A stretch of DNA of 64,000 nucleotides from Patescibacteria group bacterium (GCA_041650915.1 JBAZKE010000004.1:36179-100178); one strand, 5' to 3'. Positions 1 through 10,323 are shown, counted from the stretch's first letter. Notes: a model not told the origin generated them from the letters alone. A program made the numbers and translations.

Positions 1-44
1 AGGAATCAGCCATTACAAACCCTAATCGAAAAATTAAAGAATCT

Positions 45-704
45 GTGGTTGACGGTACTTATGTTTATTATTTCGATACCATTCCGCTTACTCAGGGTGA
101 GTATCTAATATTTTGGGACATCCAGGAAACTCTGGTTTCGCCACGCGACACGCTCGTACAAAAGCTCCGAGTTGTGCCAGATGTGTTTTGGCACTACGCT
201 GTAGATCTAAGAATGCTCGTGGATAAACTTCAAAAGCGCATCGGTACTGTGCAGGCGTACTCCGACGCAGACCTCTACTCTTATTTGCTTTCTGGTCTCG
301 ATACTATCAATTTTTACGCGCCGACAACGAACTGGCTTTTGACCGATATTCCTATTGACGGCTCTCATGGTGTTCGCTCGGCTTTGCTCTACGCGGCAAC
401 GATTCATGGCCTAATCGCGCAGCAGATTCTGGAAGAAGAAGTCTCCTTTACGCACACTGGACAAACTGTAACCTTAACTGTAAAACATGATTATACCGGT
501 GTCATCACCGCGATAAAGGCGCAGCTCGACGAATACGGCAAAGCCAAGCAGCAGATTTTCGTGCAGGCCGAAGGCGTTGGTTTTTCGGGAGTCCGGCCCA
601 AGAGTTACCGCGTACTCCGAACTGTTTTCCGGGTCGACAAAGCTTTCGGTCCTGGTTTCTTGCCTCCGGGTGGTTCTTCATTGCTGCAGAGTATTGGCCT
701 CTGA
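45..704 (+). CDS. hypothetical protein (GTG start; frame is open to position 3, so it may be 5'-partial)
   Basis: 219-aa ORF; no stop in frame back to the window edge; no recognisable motif. Confidence 0.4.
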   Translation: MVDGTYVYYFDTIPLTQGEYLIFWDIQETLVSPRDTLVQKLRVVPDVFWHYAVDLRMLVDKLQKRIGTVQAYSDADLYSYLLSGLDTINFYAPTTNWLLTDIPIDGSHGVRSALLYAATIHGLIAQQILEEEVSFTHTGQTVTLTVKHDYTGVITAIKAQLDEYGKAKQQIFVQAEGVGFSGVRPKSYRVLRTVFRVDKAFGPGFLPPGGSSLLQSIGL

Positions 705-748
705 CGTTCGTCGTAAACTACCGGGGAAGTTCCCCAAAAGAGGCTAAT

Positions 749-1486
749 GTGGCAAATTTGCAAGAATTGATCGATTCCGGACAACCAATTTACGTATTGA
801 ATCGTACTGGTAGGATTACCGGCGGAAAGACTATGCCGTACGCGCTGGTAATCAAGACTGCACAGGGCAGAGCGATTGATATTGTGGTGCCGGCCACCAA
901 GTTTCCATTTCTGCTCACCGGGCAAGTGCCTTCGTCGGCTTTGAAGGACGCAGAAGACCTATTCAAGGCTTGTCGGCGCGGCGGGGCACTGGAAGTACTG
1001 GAACCGGACGCCGCGATGGAAATGCTGCAGGACCCAATGGCGCAGAAGTCCATTGACGCCGCGCTGGCTCGCTTCCGGCGCAAGGCCGAAGCTCGTCCAG
1101 GCCATCAGGTCACTGAAGTCAAGAATGGGGCGACGGACCGAAAGCACATCCAGCGCACGGCAGAAGTCGATGAGGCAGAAAAGACTCCTATGCCGGTGAT
1201 GCCCAAGCAGGACGTCGACATCGCCATTAAGCAGCTGTGCATGGATTTGAATAAAGATGAGAGCCTCGCTGAGGAAGTCCGTGGTCGGCTCATTGGTATG
1301 CCCGACGAGGACATTTCCAAAGCAGATTTAGGCCATATCATTTCGGCGGTTGATGTTTCTCGTTTCCCCAGGATCGTTAAGTGGGCCAGGAATGAGCTGG
1401 CTAAGCGCAGTGGAGCCGAAGATTCTGGGCAGGAAGACGGTGAAGAACCTCCGCGCCGTCGTCGTGGCCGCCCCGTCGGCTCCTAG
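749..1486 (+). CDS. hypothetical acidic protein with Arg-rich C-terminus (PPRRRRGRPVGS)
   Basis: 245-aa ORF on the same strand, 44 nt after the previous stop. Confidence 0.45.
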   Translation: MANLQELIDSGQPIYVLNRTGRITGGKTMPYALVIKTAQGRAIDIVVPATKFPFLLTGQVPSSALKDAEDLFKACRRGGALEVLEPDAAMEMLQDPMAQKSIDAALARFRRKAEARPGHQVTEVKNGATDRKHIQRTAEVDEAEKTPMPVMPKQDVDIAIKQLCMDLNKDESLAEEVRGRLIGMPDEDISKADLGHIISAVDVSRFPRIVKWARNELAKRSGAEDSGQEDGEEPPRRRRGRPVGS

Positions 1487-1540
1487 TCGCTTATTTTCCG
1501 CATAATTTAGTCGTTCTAGCGCTGTGCGCCGTGTGGAGCC

Positions 1541-2578
1541 ATGCCTGATATCCGCAATCTTCGGGTTAATATATCATCCACTAAAGCATCAACCCTGCAG
1601 GACATATACAAGAAGCTTGACGCTTCTTCCAGCTCGGCCGCGCCAAGAAATAGAATCAGTCCGCACTATAGAACGCCCTGGATTGTATCATGCAAATCTT
1701 GGATGTCGAGCAACAAAGGCATTGAACTGTACGTCAATCCTAGCAAAATTAGTTGGTCGCATGGACGTCGCGGTACTTCGGTCAAAACGGCAGCCGGTAC
1801 TGTTAGAAATATCTGGTACAATCACTATCGCGGCACGTACTACGATGAAGCCGAGTTAAAAATTACGTTTCAGTCTGGCAACATCATGCCGTTTATGTCC
1901 TACTTGGGCGGCAATTACAATTTCAACGATCCTGCCACTTATGCCAATCTCATTAGTCTGAAAGAGGCGGTTCCACAGGGGCTGATGGATTTCTACAGAT
2001 TCAAAGACTTGTTGAATCAACCAGCATATTTGGGCCCAGCGGAAAACCGGCACATCATGACCTATCATAGCCGTGTATTTCCTAAAATGTACTTGGAAGG
2101 GTTTTTCAAGGACGAAGACCCCATTGTTTGGGAGGAATCGGCCGAAGGCGGGGGTACTACGGGCAACACTCTGAACTGGACAGCAACATTTATTGTTTAC
2201 GATTCGTATCCCAGACTAGACTCTGCTTCCCAGATGATCGCCGCGTATTCTTCCTGGTTGGCGCAAGAGGGCATGATGGAGGCGCTGCCGTCCGGGGCCA
2301 ATACCGCGTTCGTGCTCGCGACGCAAGACGAAGCCGCACGCGGAAGCAAACAGGAAATTTCGGCTCCGGCACCGCAGCCGGCTAAAAACAACGGCGGTGT
2401 TGATTTTCCTGACGCATTTGACTTTGACAACTTGGCTGTATATGCTGAGGTATACGCTGAAGATGCTTCTGCCCAAGCTAAACCTAACCCAGGTAACAAG
2501 CCTCCTGCTCCGCCTTCTGCCGCCGAAACTGCAGCGTCGAAAGTTTCAGCCCGCACCCGTTCTATGCTAGGTGGATGA
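1541..2578 (+). CDS. hypothetical protein (possibly virion-associated; speculative)
   Basis: 345-aa ORF; stop overlaps the next start (ATGA). Confidence 0.45.
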   Translation: MPDIRNLRVNISSTKASTLQDIYKKLDASSSSAAPRNRISPHYRTPWIVSCKSWMSSNKGIELYVNPSKISWSHGRRGTSVKTAAGTVRNIWYNHYRGTYYDEAELKITFQSGNIMPFMSYLGGNYNFNDPATYANLISLKEAVPQGLMDFYRFKDLLNQPAYLGPAENRHIMTYHSRVFPKMYLEGFFKDEDPIVWEESAEGGGTTGNTLNWTATFIVYDSYPRLDSASQMIAAYSSWLAQEGMMEALPSGANTAFVLATQDEAARGSKQEISAPAPQPAKNNGGVDFPDAFDFDNLAVYAEVYAEDASAQAKPNPGNKPPAPPSAAETAASKVSARTRSMLGG

Positions 2579-2799
2579 TCATGAAAACTAAAATAAGTGT
2601 GGCGTTCCCAAGCGATCTCTACGACCACATCGTCGGTCTAGCATATGGGCAAAACACCTCTGCTGCTGCGATCATCAGAGCCGCCGTGTACGCTTACCTG
2701 TGTCATAATCCAGATTGCGAAGAGAATGATTGGCGAGAAATTTGGCAGACAGCGCAAAAGACCAAAGTCGTAACGGCTAGTTCCAGTCTTAGAAAATAG
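2575..2799 (+). CDS. small hypothetical protein
   Basis: 74-aa ORF translationally coupled to the upstream gene (ATGA overlap). Confidence 0.35.
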   Translation: MIMKTKISVAFPSDLYDHIVGLAYGQNTSAAAIIRAAVYAYLCHNPDCEENDWREIWQTAQKTKVVTASSSLRK

Positions 2800-2856
2800 G
2801 TGTGACTGCTTTTTTGCACCTCGGAAAGCAGTCGCAACCGATTGCGCGGTGCTCTT

Positions 2857-3174
2857 TTATTGACTTGAAAACTTCTTACGCGCTTTGCGCTTCGCCGGCA
2901 CTTCGGCATCAGCACAGTACACAGTATACTTCCAACCTGACATTGGGTCATACTCTATTGAGGCAACTATGCTCTTGTATTGACCCGACTTCATCTTGAT
3001 CGTCCAAGCCCACTGCTCTGCATTGATTTTGCCCGCCCGCCGCGTCACCGTCTCCGCAATATCCCCAACCTTGAACTCCTGCACCTCATAGAGCGCTCTG
3101 CACAAAACTCCGTCGTTTCTTGGGTCAGAATAGTCAATAAAGGCTGGTTTGACGTCGGGTGTTGCGAGTTGCAT
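2857..3174 (-). CDS. hypothetical protein
   Basis: 105-aa ORF. Confidence 0.35.
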   Translation of the reverse strand: MQLATPDVKPAFIDYSDPRNDGVLCRALYEVQEFKVGDIAETVTRRAGKINAEQWAWTIKMKSGQYKSIVASIEYDPMSGWKYTVYCADAEVPAKRKARKKFSSQ

Positions 3175-3239
3175 GCTGTTCCTTTGTTAAGTTACCGTAA
3201 CTGCTATAGTTATAGCACAGTGCCACCCACCTGTCAAGC

Positions 3240-3800
3240 TCATTCACCAAGGCACTGGACAACCAGCGGCTGCGTCCATGGATTCTGTGCCGCGAGCACG
3301 AGGCGCGCAAGTTCAGCTTTATACAGCTTTAGATTCGGCGCCGTGATGATCCAGCCGTTGTTCTGCACCACAGCACGGTGGTTGCACACGCAGGGACAGT
3401 CGGTTGTAGGCTTGGGCAATCCCAGACATTTGTCATCGATTTTTAGTCCCTTGATCCGACATTCTTTCAATGCAGGCGTTGATGGCACAAGCTGTTCACC
3501 AGAACATGTCGACACGTACCAATCTTTTGGAACATAAACATTGATCCAATTATAGTTGATATGATCCCAGACTTTATTCTTTTTCAGGCACGTTTCCAGC
3601 GCTACTGTGCGCCGGTCGATTTCGTCGAGAAACGCCTGTGTTACTGGGGCGTCTTGCCGCACCACATAGCTCCCGAGTCTTGTACGGCTCGCGCCTACCC
3701 GAGTCACGGGATAATGTGTGACATTTAATATTTTAAACGGATAAACTCCATCCGGGCAGGCCGTGAGAAATAAAATAGCGAATGGGAGTAGAATACGCAT
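3240..3800 (-). CDS. putative Cys-rich lipoprotein
   Basis: N-terminal hydrophobic signal followed by LTAC lipobox; SD aggaag upstream. Confidence 0.5.
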   Translation of the reverse strand: MRILLPFAILFLTACPDGVYPFKILNVTHYPVTRVGASRTRLGSYVVRQDAPVTQAFLDEIDRRTVALETCLKKNKVWDHINYNWINVYVPKDWYVSTCSGEQLVPSTPALKECRIKGLKIDDKCLGLPKPTTDCPCVCNHRAVVQNNGWIITAPNLKLYKAELARLVLAAQNPWTQPLVVQCLGE

Positions 3801-3944
3801 AATGCACTTCCTACAGTTTAATAGTTGATCTAGGTTCCCAGACCTTGGGGATTTGCCTCCTCCCCAAGATACTGATTAATTCCACGCGCGGCTCACAGAA
3901 GCAGCGTAAACGGGTGGAACAGCTCGAAATAGTTTCGTCATGTC

Positions 3945-3973
3945 TTGACAAGTCCTAACTTCCACCTTACACT
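3945..3973 (+). promoter_or_regulatory. sigma70-type promoter TTGACA-N17-TACACT driving TnpB-like copy 1
   Basis: consensus -35 and near-consensus -10 with 17-nt spacer; the same architecture is conserved upstream of copy 2. Confidence 0.5.
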
Positions 3974-3999
3974 GTAGTTGAAGGAGACAGCTCTGTCAA

Positions 4000-5640
4000 G
4001 TGAAAAAGAAGGCAAAAGACACCCGACCCATCGTTTCGTACGCGACACGTGTACCTACAGAATGCTGCGCTTATTGTGAATCTTATGCCTTAATTTTCAA
4101 TACGGCTCAACGACGCCTTCATGCAGCTCGACAAAAACCTAATTTTGATGCAAATCGAACTAAGCGAGAGCATCAAATAAAATATGGAATCAATGCTAGA
4201 CAATACAACGGAATCAAAATAGATCTAGACGGTAAAGAAAGTTCCCGAGCCGAAACCCATAAAGCCCATGTAATAGCCACAGAGGCATCCGTTATAGCAC
4301 TGACCAAGAAGGTTAAAGACCTAAAAGCAGAAATTAAAAAAGAAGATAAAGCTAAAACGCGTTTTATCCTACATCAAAAACAACGACGTCTGTATAATCA
4401 AAGAGCAAAACTTAAGACACTTGAGAGCACAAAACCAAAGCTCTGTTTCGGTTCCAAAAAGTTGTTTTTGGCTCAGTATAATTTGAAAGAAAATGGATAC
4501 AAAAACCACGTAGAGTGGAAAAAAGTCTGGAGAAAAACCCGTAGTAGTACATTTGTACTGGTCGGTAGCTCAGGAGAAACACAAGGGAATTCTATAGCTC
4601 AACTCGTGGAACAACAGGATGGCTCTTTCACTTTAACGCTTAGAACTGCGCCTGGTTTAGTTGGTCAGTTTGGTCCTGTGGTTGTCTTTGAAAATCTTGA
4701 ATTCCACTATGATCGAAATGGCAAAAACAATGCTATTCATGACATTAGAGCTGCTTTAGAGCAGGGTGATGCTCTGACGTTCAGGTTCCATAGAGGTAAA
4801 AAGAATCGATGGACAGTACATGTTTCACTGCATCGAAGTGAAGTTGAAATCGTTTCAAATCGACGCAATGGTCGTGTAGGAGTAGATATCAATAATGGTA
4901 GTCTAGACGCGGCTTTTGTTGATTTTGAAGGGAACATGAAAGACTATCTTTCTATTCCGTTCAAAACTAGCAAAAGCGCTAATCATGATCAAATTGCTGC
5001 TTCTATTGGAGAAGCAGTAAAGAAAATCATTGCTTTTGCTGTTCTACATAAAGCTCCGGTAGTGATTGAAAAACTTGATTTCACTGGCAAAAAGAAAGCC
5101 ATGAGGGATCAAGGTTTACCTCAAAGAGCGATGTTGGCTGCTTTTTCTTATAGCGCTGTTACAGCCATAATTAAGAGTAGAGCATGGCGAGAGGGTATTG
5201 AAGTTTTCTTTGTTACTCCTGCTTATAGTTCAGTTATTGGTTATGTAAAGTATCAATCCCAATATGGAATAAATTCAGGTGTTGCAGCAGGGATCGTTTT
5301 GGCAAGGAGAAACCTAAGAAGATCCGAGAGATGTCCCTTATCCGAGGCCTACACTCCTAAATCCCCAGAGGACGGTTTAAGACATGTATGGTCCCGTTGG
5401 GCTGCTCTCGTGCGTAACATTCGTGCCAAAGCAAAGATGAAAATCTTTGTCAGACGACACGATTGGTTCCGCAAAAGTGGTGCCTTGAGCACGGCAGAGG
5501 TCAAGCTTTTATGTACCGACGAGGAAACTCGTCAAAGGCATAAGGGCAAGGTGAAAACCACTTCTGTTCTGGATGAAAGTTCCAGCACGAATCGTCGGAA
5601 AAACAGTTCGTCCGGCGTCAAAGTTGTGTGTAATACATGA
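4000..5640 (+). CDS. TnpB/Cas12-family protein, copy 1 (546 aa): RuvC-I and RuvC-II intact, zinc finger absent, RuvC-III aspartate absent
   Basis: GVDINNG (D296), VVIEKLDF (E357) and TPAYSSV motifs in TnpB order and spacing. Where TnpB has C-x2-C...C-x2-C plus DRDxNAAxNI there is only YGINSGVAAGIV. GTG start. About 40% GC versus about 57% backbone. Confidence 0.7.
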   Translation: MKKKAKDTRPIVSYATRVPTECCAYCESYALIFNTAQRRLHAARQKPNFDANRTKREHQIKYGINARQYNGIKIDLDGKESSRAETHKAHVIATEASVIALTKKVKDLKAEIKKEDKAKTRFILHQKQRRLYNQRAKLKTLESTKPKLCFGSKKLFLAQYNLKENGYKNHVEWKKVWRKTRSSTFVLVGSSGETQGNSIAQLVEQQDGSFTLTLRTAPGLVGQFGPVVVFENLEFHYDRNGKNNAIHDIRAALEQGDALTFRFHRGKKNRWTVHVSLHRSEVEIVSNRRNGRVGVDINNGSLDAAFVDFEGNMKDYLSIPFKTSKSANHDQIAASIGEAVKKIIAFAVLHKAPVVIEKLDFTGKKKAMRDQGLPQRAMLAAFSYSAVTAIIKSRAWREGIEVFFVTPAYSSVIGYVKYQSQYGINSGVAAGIVLARRNLRRSERCPLSEAYTPKSPEDGLRHVWSRWAALVRNIRAKAKMKIFVRRHDWFRKSGALSTAEVKLLCTDEETRQRHKGKVKTTSVLDESSSTNRRKNSSSGVKVVCNT

Positions 5641-5646
5641 CTATGG

Positions 5647-5713
5647 TTTTAGGAACGGTGGAACAGCATGATGGTGCCGGTTAGTATAGTTCCTAAAAGT
5701 TTTGCGCTTTATT
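5647..5713 (+). terminator. possible hairpin terminator / RNA 3' structure downstream of TnpB-like copy 1
   Basis: 10-bp perfect inverted repeat TTTTAGGAAC...GTTCCTAAAA with 32-nt loop, then GTTTTGCGCTTTATT. It overlaps the putative guide region. Confidence 0.3.
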
Positions 5714-5945
5714 ACGTTGACGTTTAGGTTTAATCCGACTGTCCAAGTCCCCATGGTCTTGGCTTAGTCTAACGGATGCGCTACCCCGAGCACAGCCGAA
5801 CGTCCTTACGCTTAGGCTGGCTTGCTCTTCATCAGGATAAATCCTGACTTTGTAGGCGTAATTTCTCAATCTTGCTCTCTACGTTGATTTTTTTACGGCT
5901 CGGGCTTTAAGCCATTCTTTGGTTGGAGTCGTGCGGCGCATCGTT

Positions 5946-6902
5946 TTATTCTTTCCAGAACGGAATTTTGCTTCTAGGATCCCATTCTGTGGGTATCTGC
6001 AGCCCGCCACCTTCGCTTACGGGGCCGCCCCACGTGTCACCTGCGTAGCCCACAGGTTCCTGTAGACCTTTAGTTACAGCGCAGCCCTCGCGCGGCCCAG
6101 GAATAGCCCCCGTTTTTTCCATCCATGGAATGGCTATTTTGCGCCATGCGTCAAAACCAGGGTCCGATTCTCGATCTCGACTGGACTGCCTATGCGCCAG
6201 AATGTACTTAATAGTCTGTCCGTTGCGCGCAAATTCCGCCATGAGCATTTCAAGTAGCTTATCCGCTGCCTTGACTTGTGCGTCGGTAATGGGGTGCGGG
6301 CCGCCCCCCGGTTTCCACCAGTAGCCTACTTTCCCTTCGGGATTTCCAGTGAATTCAATTCCTACTGTCCACATCGACGTTCCGTGTGAATGCCATATGG
6401 CCATTTCCCACGGGTGACACAAAATTATTTTGCCACCAAGCGTTACGCTGATGTGCGCGTTGACTGTAAAATACCGCTCTGGGTTTTCGCCCATTTCACA
6501 TGCAGTGCGATGGAGAACTATTCCGGTGATGTCCGACCATGCTCTGGTATGTCGACCATTTTTTGGCGGTTTAATTTTACCTCTGTAATCCAGCACCTGT
6601 ATTTCGTTTTCTGTCGTTTGGGTGCTCGGTGCTACTCTCGGCAGAGTAGTACTCATTCTTACTTCAGCCGCCGCCCACGTCGTTCCTCCGACAATCCCAT
6701 CGGCAGACAATCCTGCGGACTTCTGAAAAGCTTTTGTCGCCCCTTCGCACGCGGGACCGAACACGCCATCTGCTCCCCAGGACCCGATGTCATACCCCAG
6801 GGCGATCAAAACCTCTTGCCATCTACGAACTGCAGGCCCTTTCATTCGTGGGCTATCGAGAAAAATCCAGGTGGAATTTGCCATGATGCTCCGGGTAGGC
6901 AC
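5946..6902 (-). CDS. endolysin / cell-wall hydrolase (PG_binding_1 domain plus amidase-like catalytic domain)
   Basis: WQEVLIALGYDIGSWGADGVFGPACEGATKAFQKSAGLSADGIVGGTTW matches the peptidoglycan-binding repeat; C-terminal VLHRTA...H region is Amidase_2-like. Confidence 0.6.
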   Translation of the reverse strand: MPTRSIMANSTWIFLDSPRMKGPAVRRWQEVLIALGYDIGSWGADGVFGPACEGATKAFQKSAGLSADGIVGGTTWAAAEVRMSTTLPRVAPSTQTTENEIQVLDYRGKIKPPKNGRHTRAWSDITGIVLHRTACEMGENPERYFTVNAHISVTLGGKIILCHPWEMAIWHSHGTSMWTVGIEFTGNPEGKVGYWWKPGGGPHPITDAQVKAADKLLEMLMAEFARNGQTIKYILAHRQSSRDRESDPGFDAWRKIAIPWMEKTGAIPGPREGCAVTKGLQEPVGYAGDTWGGPVSEGGGLQIPTEWDPRSKIPFWKE

Positions 6903-6944
6903 TAGGCCAAAAGTTCCTCCCGTTTTACAGTTGTCGGCCGCGGT

Positions 6945-7418
6945 CTACGCCACGAGGTACTCGCGATTTCGACGCTCTCCCTGGAACTGCAGCTGTCCGG
7001 TTTTGGCCAGGCGACGGCAGTGGTAGCCCACAGTCTTGGCATCCAGCTCCAGCGCTTCCGCGATTAGACCAGGGCCAGCACTTCCTGCATGCTCTCGCAG
7101 AAAATCCATGACCTGGGTCGAGATCACTGTGGTCTTCTCCCTGGGCGCACGTGGGCGCTGCGCCTTGGGGGCGGGTGGTGCAGGCGTATAATCAGGATTG
7201 GTCTGGTACGCTCGGGTATTTCGATTGCCCTGTACGACCACGGCACCGAGGCGCGCCAGATTTCGGGCACAATAGTGCACGATGCGTAGGTCTACGCCGA
7301 GCACCTTGGCAATCTCCTGCGGAGTCACTGGGGTGCTTGCTAGCTCCAGCATCTGAGTTTTGACTGCCGAAATGGCGCTGCGTGGCGTGTAGGATTTCCT
7401 GGTCTTTGTCTCGCTCAT
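6945..7418 (-). CDS. putative DNA-binding regulator with two winged-HTH-like segments
   Basis: TPQEIAKVLGVDLRIVHYCARNLARLG and GLIAEALELDAKTVGYHCRRLAKTG helix-turn-helix-like segments. Confidence 0.45.
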   Translation of the reverse strand: MSETKTRKSYTPRSAISAVKTQMLELASTPVTPQEIAKVLGVDLRIVHYCARNLARLGAVVVQGNRNTRAYQTNPDYTPAPPAPKAQRPRAPREKTTVISTQVMDFLREHAGSAGPGLIAEALELDAKTVGYHCRRLAKTGQLQFQGERRNREYLVA

Positions 7419-7513
7419 AATGTTTCCTATCTCCTGTTTGGCGTTGTTCGCCGGTTACATCTACTATAGCACGATGGAGAGACTCTGCAAGGCAAAAGTG
7501 ACGCCGGACGGCG

Positions 7514-7906
7514 TTATAGTGTCGATTTTAGTCGTAGGCCACGATTCTCGGGGTCGAGCTGCCTGGTTACCGCGCGCATGATTGCCAGGAAATAGAAGCT
7601 CGAAACTGTGTGGCAGAGCTGGCCTGCCGCCGCTTCGACTCTGGCAATCAAAGCATCGTGGACTTCTACACCGTAAATTTCTGTTTCCGACGCATACCAC
7701 GGGTTGCGCGGAAAGCCCATCGTGAGTTTTCCAGATTCAATTTCCGTGCATAGGTCTTCCACGGCGTAGCGGACATATTTTTGCGCGGTATGCCGGTGCT
7801 CTCGAGCACACCACCGCAAAGCCCGGACGATTGCTCCGGGCAATCTGACAGAAGTCCAGCGTCGGACACGCTGAACCTTTTCTACAGTGGGGCGTCCAGC
7901 TTTCAC
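7514..7906 (-). CDS. hypothetical protein
   Basis: 130-aa ORF; stop/start overlap with the upstream gene. Confidence 0.4.
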   Translation of the reverse strand: MKAGRPTVEKVQRVRRWTSVRLPGAIVRALRWCAREHRHTAQKYVRYAVEDLCTEIESGKLTMGFPRNPWYASETEIYGVEVHDALIARVEAAAGQLCHTVSSFYFLAIMRAVTRQLDPENRGLRLKSTL

Positions 7907-8571
7907 AGTGAATTGAGTTTGCGCTGAATAGTTTCCAGAATTTGACTGAGCTTAGTGCTGTCGCTCGCTACACTTTGCAGTACTTCGACTTGCGCTTTTA
8001 ATTTTTCAATTTCACTTCGCAGTGGTTTTGCATAGGCTTCGGCGAATTCGATTCGCTCTTGGTTCCATTGCTCCGACGTCAAACAGACTCCTTCTCGGAG
8101 TTTACTGATTTCTGTGCGCGCTTCGTCGAGTTGCCGGGACAGCGCACGACTCAAGTGATCTGGATCACCGCACCGCAGTAACGCATTTTCCAGATGGTTC
8201 TGTGTGTCCACGAGTTCTTGTACGCGCGCCTCACGCTCTTCTTTTTCTGCCTGGAGTTGTTGCTCCAAATGTGCTACTTCTTCGACCAAGCCTAGATTAC
8301 GCTCCATCACATAACCGGCGAATTTGTGCTCCTGGCCGGGATGTGTGGTGTAGCTACCGTCTATATTGTATGTAGTTTCGGTGCCACATGAGATAGTCCA
8401 TCCGTCTCGCATTGTTTCTGCTGTAATGCAAGTAGAACTACCGCAGTGTGGACAGAAAATATTTTCTTTATCGGTCATGTTGCTATCCTGTTCAGAAGGG
8501 TAATTCTGAGTCCAAGATCGGACCTGAGACGTCTTTGTTTTCGCTGTGCTCTTTCGGCGGTGCTGCCGCAA
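7903..8571 (-). CDS. hypothetical coiled-coil protein with a Cys zinc-ribbon
   Basis: 222-aa ORF; CPHCGSS...C motif. Confidence 0.45.
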   Translation of the reverse strand: MRQHRRKSTAKTKTSQVRSWTQNYPSEQDSNMTDKENIFCPHCGSSTCITAETMRDGWTISCGTETTYNIDGSYTTHPGQEHKFAGYVMERNLGLVEEVAHLEQQLQAEKEEREARVQELVDTQNHLENALLRCGDPDHLSRALSRQLDEARTEISKLREGVCLTSEQWNQERIEFAEAYAKPLRSEIEKLKAQVEVLQSVASDSTKLSQILETIQRKLNSL

Positions 8572-8736
8572 GCCACATAATGTAATCAGGTTGGTTCGGG
8601 CGTTCTTTATAGCGATTGGGCAGTATCATAATTACGGTGCCGCCAAGGCGTCCCCGCAGGTACTCGTTGCCGGCCTTGGAAGTCGTCTTCCATAGACCGC
8701 CCAGATTCAATAGTGGTGCTCTGTCGTCGCTCATGC

Positions 8737-9360
8737 TCATTTTCTTTCTAGATCGTCATCTGGTGAACGAGCATTTCCGTCGGTATTGAACAGTTCCAGG
8801 ATGGCGGTGTCCATCGCGTGCTCAATCGCCTCGGTGGTGCTGGCGTTGCGTGGGATTGACGCTACAAACTTGAAGAGTCCGTGGGGATCGCTCCAGGTTT
8901 CATCACGTAGTTCTCGATGCACTCGATATTGCTGGTCCAGCGGAATCTCTTTTTTGGTTCTGCTGATGACCGCCACGACGCCGCGAAGGAAATTTTCAGG
9001 GCATTGGTGCTCGTGGAAGAAAAAATCCCAGTTGTCGCAAATAGTGCCGCGGTCATCCTGGGCTAGTCCGTCATATTCCGTCACGATGAACAACTCGTGA
9101 CCTGGCTGCATGTCATCTGGATCGAGTTTCAGCAGCACATAGCACGGCCATGATTTACGCTCACGCGTCGTGACCTCGACCTCATGGTCGTTCACGATTT
9201 TGAACATGACGTCCGTTCTGCACTCTGGATTTCCGCACTGCCACGGCCCGGCTGTGCATGGTGTCCGGTCAAGCAAATGGTCGATCCCAAACCAATGCGT
9301 ACCACATCCAGGGCACCAAAACCCGTGTTTGGTCGTCGTGATGGTTTCGATCGGCGTCAT
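8737..9360 (-). CDS. hypothetical protein (CPGCG zinc-ribbon motif)
   Basis: 207-aa ORF. Confidence 0.45.
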   Translation of the reverse strand: MTPIETITTTKHGFWCPGCGTHWFGIDHLLDRTPCTAGPWQCGNPECRTDVMFKIVNDHEVEVTTRERKSWPCYVLLKLDPDDMQPGHELFIVTEYDGLAQDDRGTICDNWDFFFHEHQCPENFLRGVVAVISRTKKEIPLDQQYRVHRELRDETWSDPHGLFKFVASIPRNASTTEAIEHAMDTAILELFNTDGNARSPDDDLERK

Positions 9361-9365
9361 GTTGT

Positions 9366-9647
9366 TTACTCCTCCGTGAGAAACCGCTGAACCTCGCGGG
9401 TGGACTGCAAAATTAACTCATGCGCCGCTGGGCCCGTCGTAGGGACTGGAATGTCCAGTTTGTGGTCGCGGTAGTATTGCAGCACTATGTTGTAGACGTC
9501 CTGCAAGTCTGCCAGGGCTTCGGCCAAAGTGTCGCCCGTCGCGCTGCAGGTGGTCCAGGACCAATCAGGCAACCACGTGATCCAGTAAGGCGTTTCACCT
9601 GGCGCCACGATGCTGCCGACCGGGTACTGGTCGAATGTGTAGGTCAT
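9366..9647 (-). CDS. hypothetical protein
   Basis: 93-aa ORF in an operon-like array. Confidence 0.4.
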   Translation of the reverse strand: MTYTFDQYPVGSIVAPGETPYWITWLPDWSWTTCSATGDTLAEALADLQDVYNIVLQYYRDHKLDIPVPTTGPAAHELILQSTREVQRFLTEE

Positions 9648-9648
9648 G

Positions 9649-9990
9649 CTACTTTCCTGCCTCGGTTAAGATCTGCTGCATTTCCTCGAGCGACAACTTT
9701 TTCAATTGTCGTGCCAAATCGTCATGCTGCGCTTTCTTCTGACGCGCCAATGCTGTCGCTCTGACGTCCTTTTCCTTGGCGATTCTGGTTTGGCGTTCAG
9801 TCGAGGTTTCATCCCGCGATCCAGTAACTTGCCACTCACCGTCTTCCGTCTCCCTCAGGTCCAGATTGCCAAAACCAAGGTTTTGTGCGATCTTTTGCAC
9901 TCTTTGCAACTCCGCGATCAGACTGTCCAGAGTCCCATCGCTTTCTGTTATTAGATCGAATTCTTTGTGCATTCTGTGTTGGCGTTTCAC
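9649..9990 (-). CDS. hypothetical protein
   Basis: 113-aa ORF. Confidence 0.4.
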   Translation of the reverse strand: MKRQHRMHKEFDLITESDGTLDSLIAELQRVQKIAQNLGFGNLDLRETEDGEWQVTGSRDETSTERQTRIAKEKDVRATALARQKKAQHDDLARQLKKLSLEEMQQILTEAGK

Positions 9991-10322
9991 GTCGGCCTCA
10001 TCGCCATGACCAAAACCATGGCCTCGGCTTTGATTAAGTCTACCTCGGCGGCCCGCAGTTCCCGCTGTTCCGCGTCGCGCCGGTCCTCTAAGTAGACAGT
10101 ATTGTGTCGGTAATCTTCGTCAGAGATGGGATGCGGAATGAACGGCAGCAGTACACTGTTCTCCCCTTGATAGCAAGGCTCCAGTGACATTTTGTAGTTG
10201 CAGTAATCTTGGTGCAGCATGTAGATGTCAGTGCCGACACGCGAGACCTCGTGCTTCGCCTTCTCAACGGCCTCGCGGGCAGCGACGACGGCTTTGGCGG
10301 CCTTATCGAGTTTTTGTGACAT
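9987..10322 (-). CDS. hypothetical protein
   Basis: 111-aa ORF; overlapping stop/start. Confidence 0.4.
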   Translation of the reverse strand: MSQKLDKAAKAVVAAREAVEKAKHEVSRVGTDIYMLHQDYCNYKMSLEPCYQGENSVLLPFIPHPISDEDYRHNTVYLEDRRDAEQRELRAAEVDLIKAEAMVLVMAMRPT

Positions 10323-10323
10323 G

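Noticed and set aside
3840-3880. 8-bp stem hairpin CTTGGGGA...TCCCCAAG considered as a terminator
   Set aside because: No plus-strand gene ends upstream. It lies in the 5' UTR of the minus-strand lipoprotein gene and lacks a U-tract.
5700-5945. A 250-bp non-coding stretch checked for tRNA or tmRNA-like genes
   Set aside because: It has only a 7-bp hairpin (TCAGGATAAATCCTGA) and no T-loop/D-loop pattern or cloverleaf. It is probably the terminator and UTR between convergent genes.
8492-8740. 82-aa ORF resembling the DUF736 motif (LNLGGLWKTTSKAGNEYLRGRLGG)
   Set aside because: It overlaps the 3' 80 nt of 7903..8571 and the start of 8737..9360. It is plausible but I could not place it without contradiction, so I left it out of the feature list.
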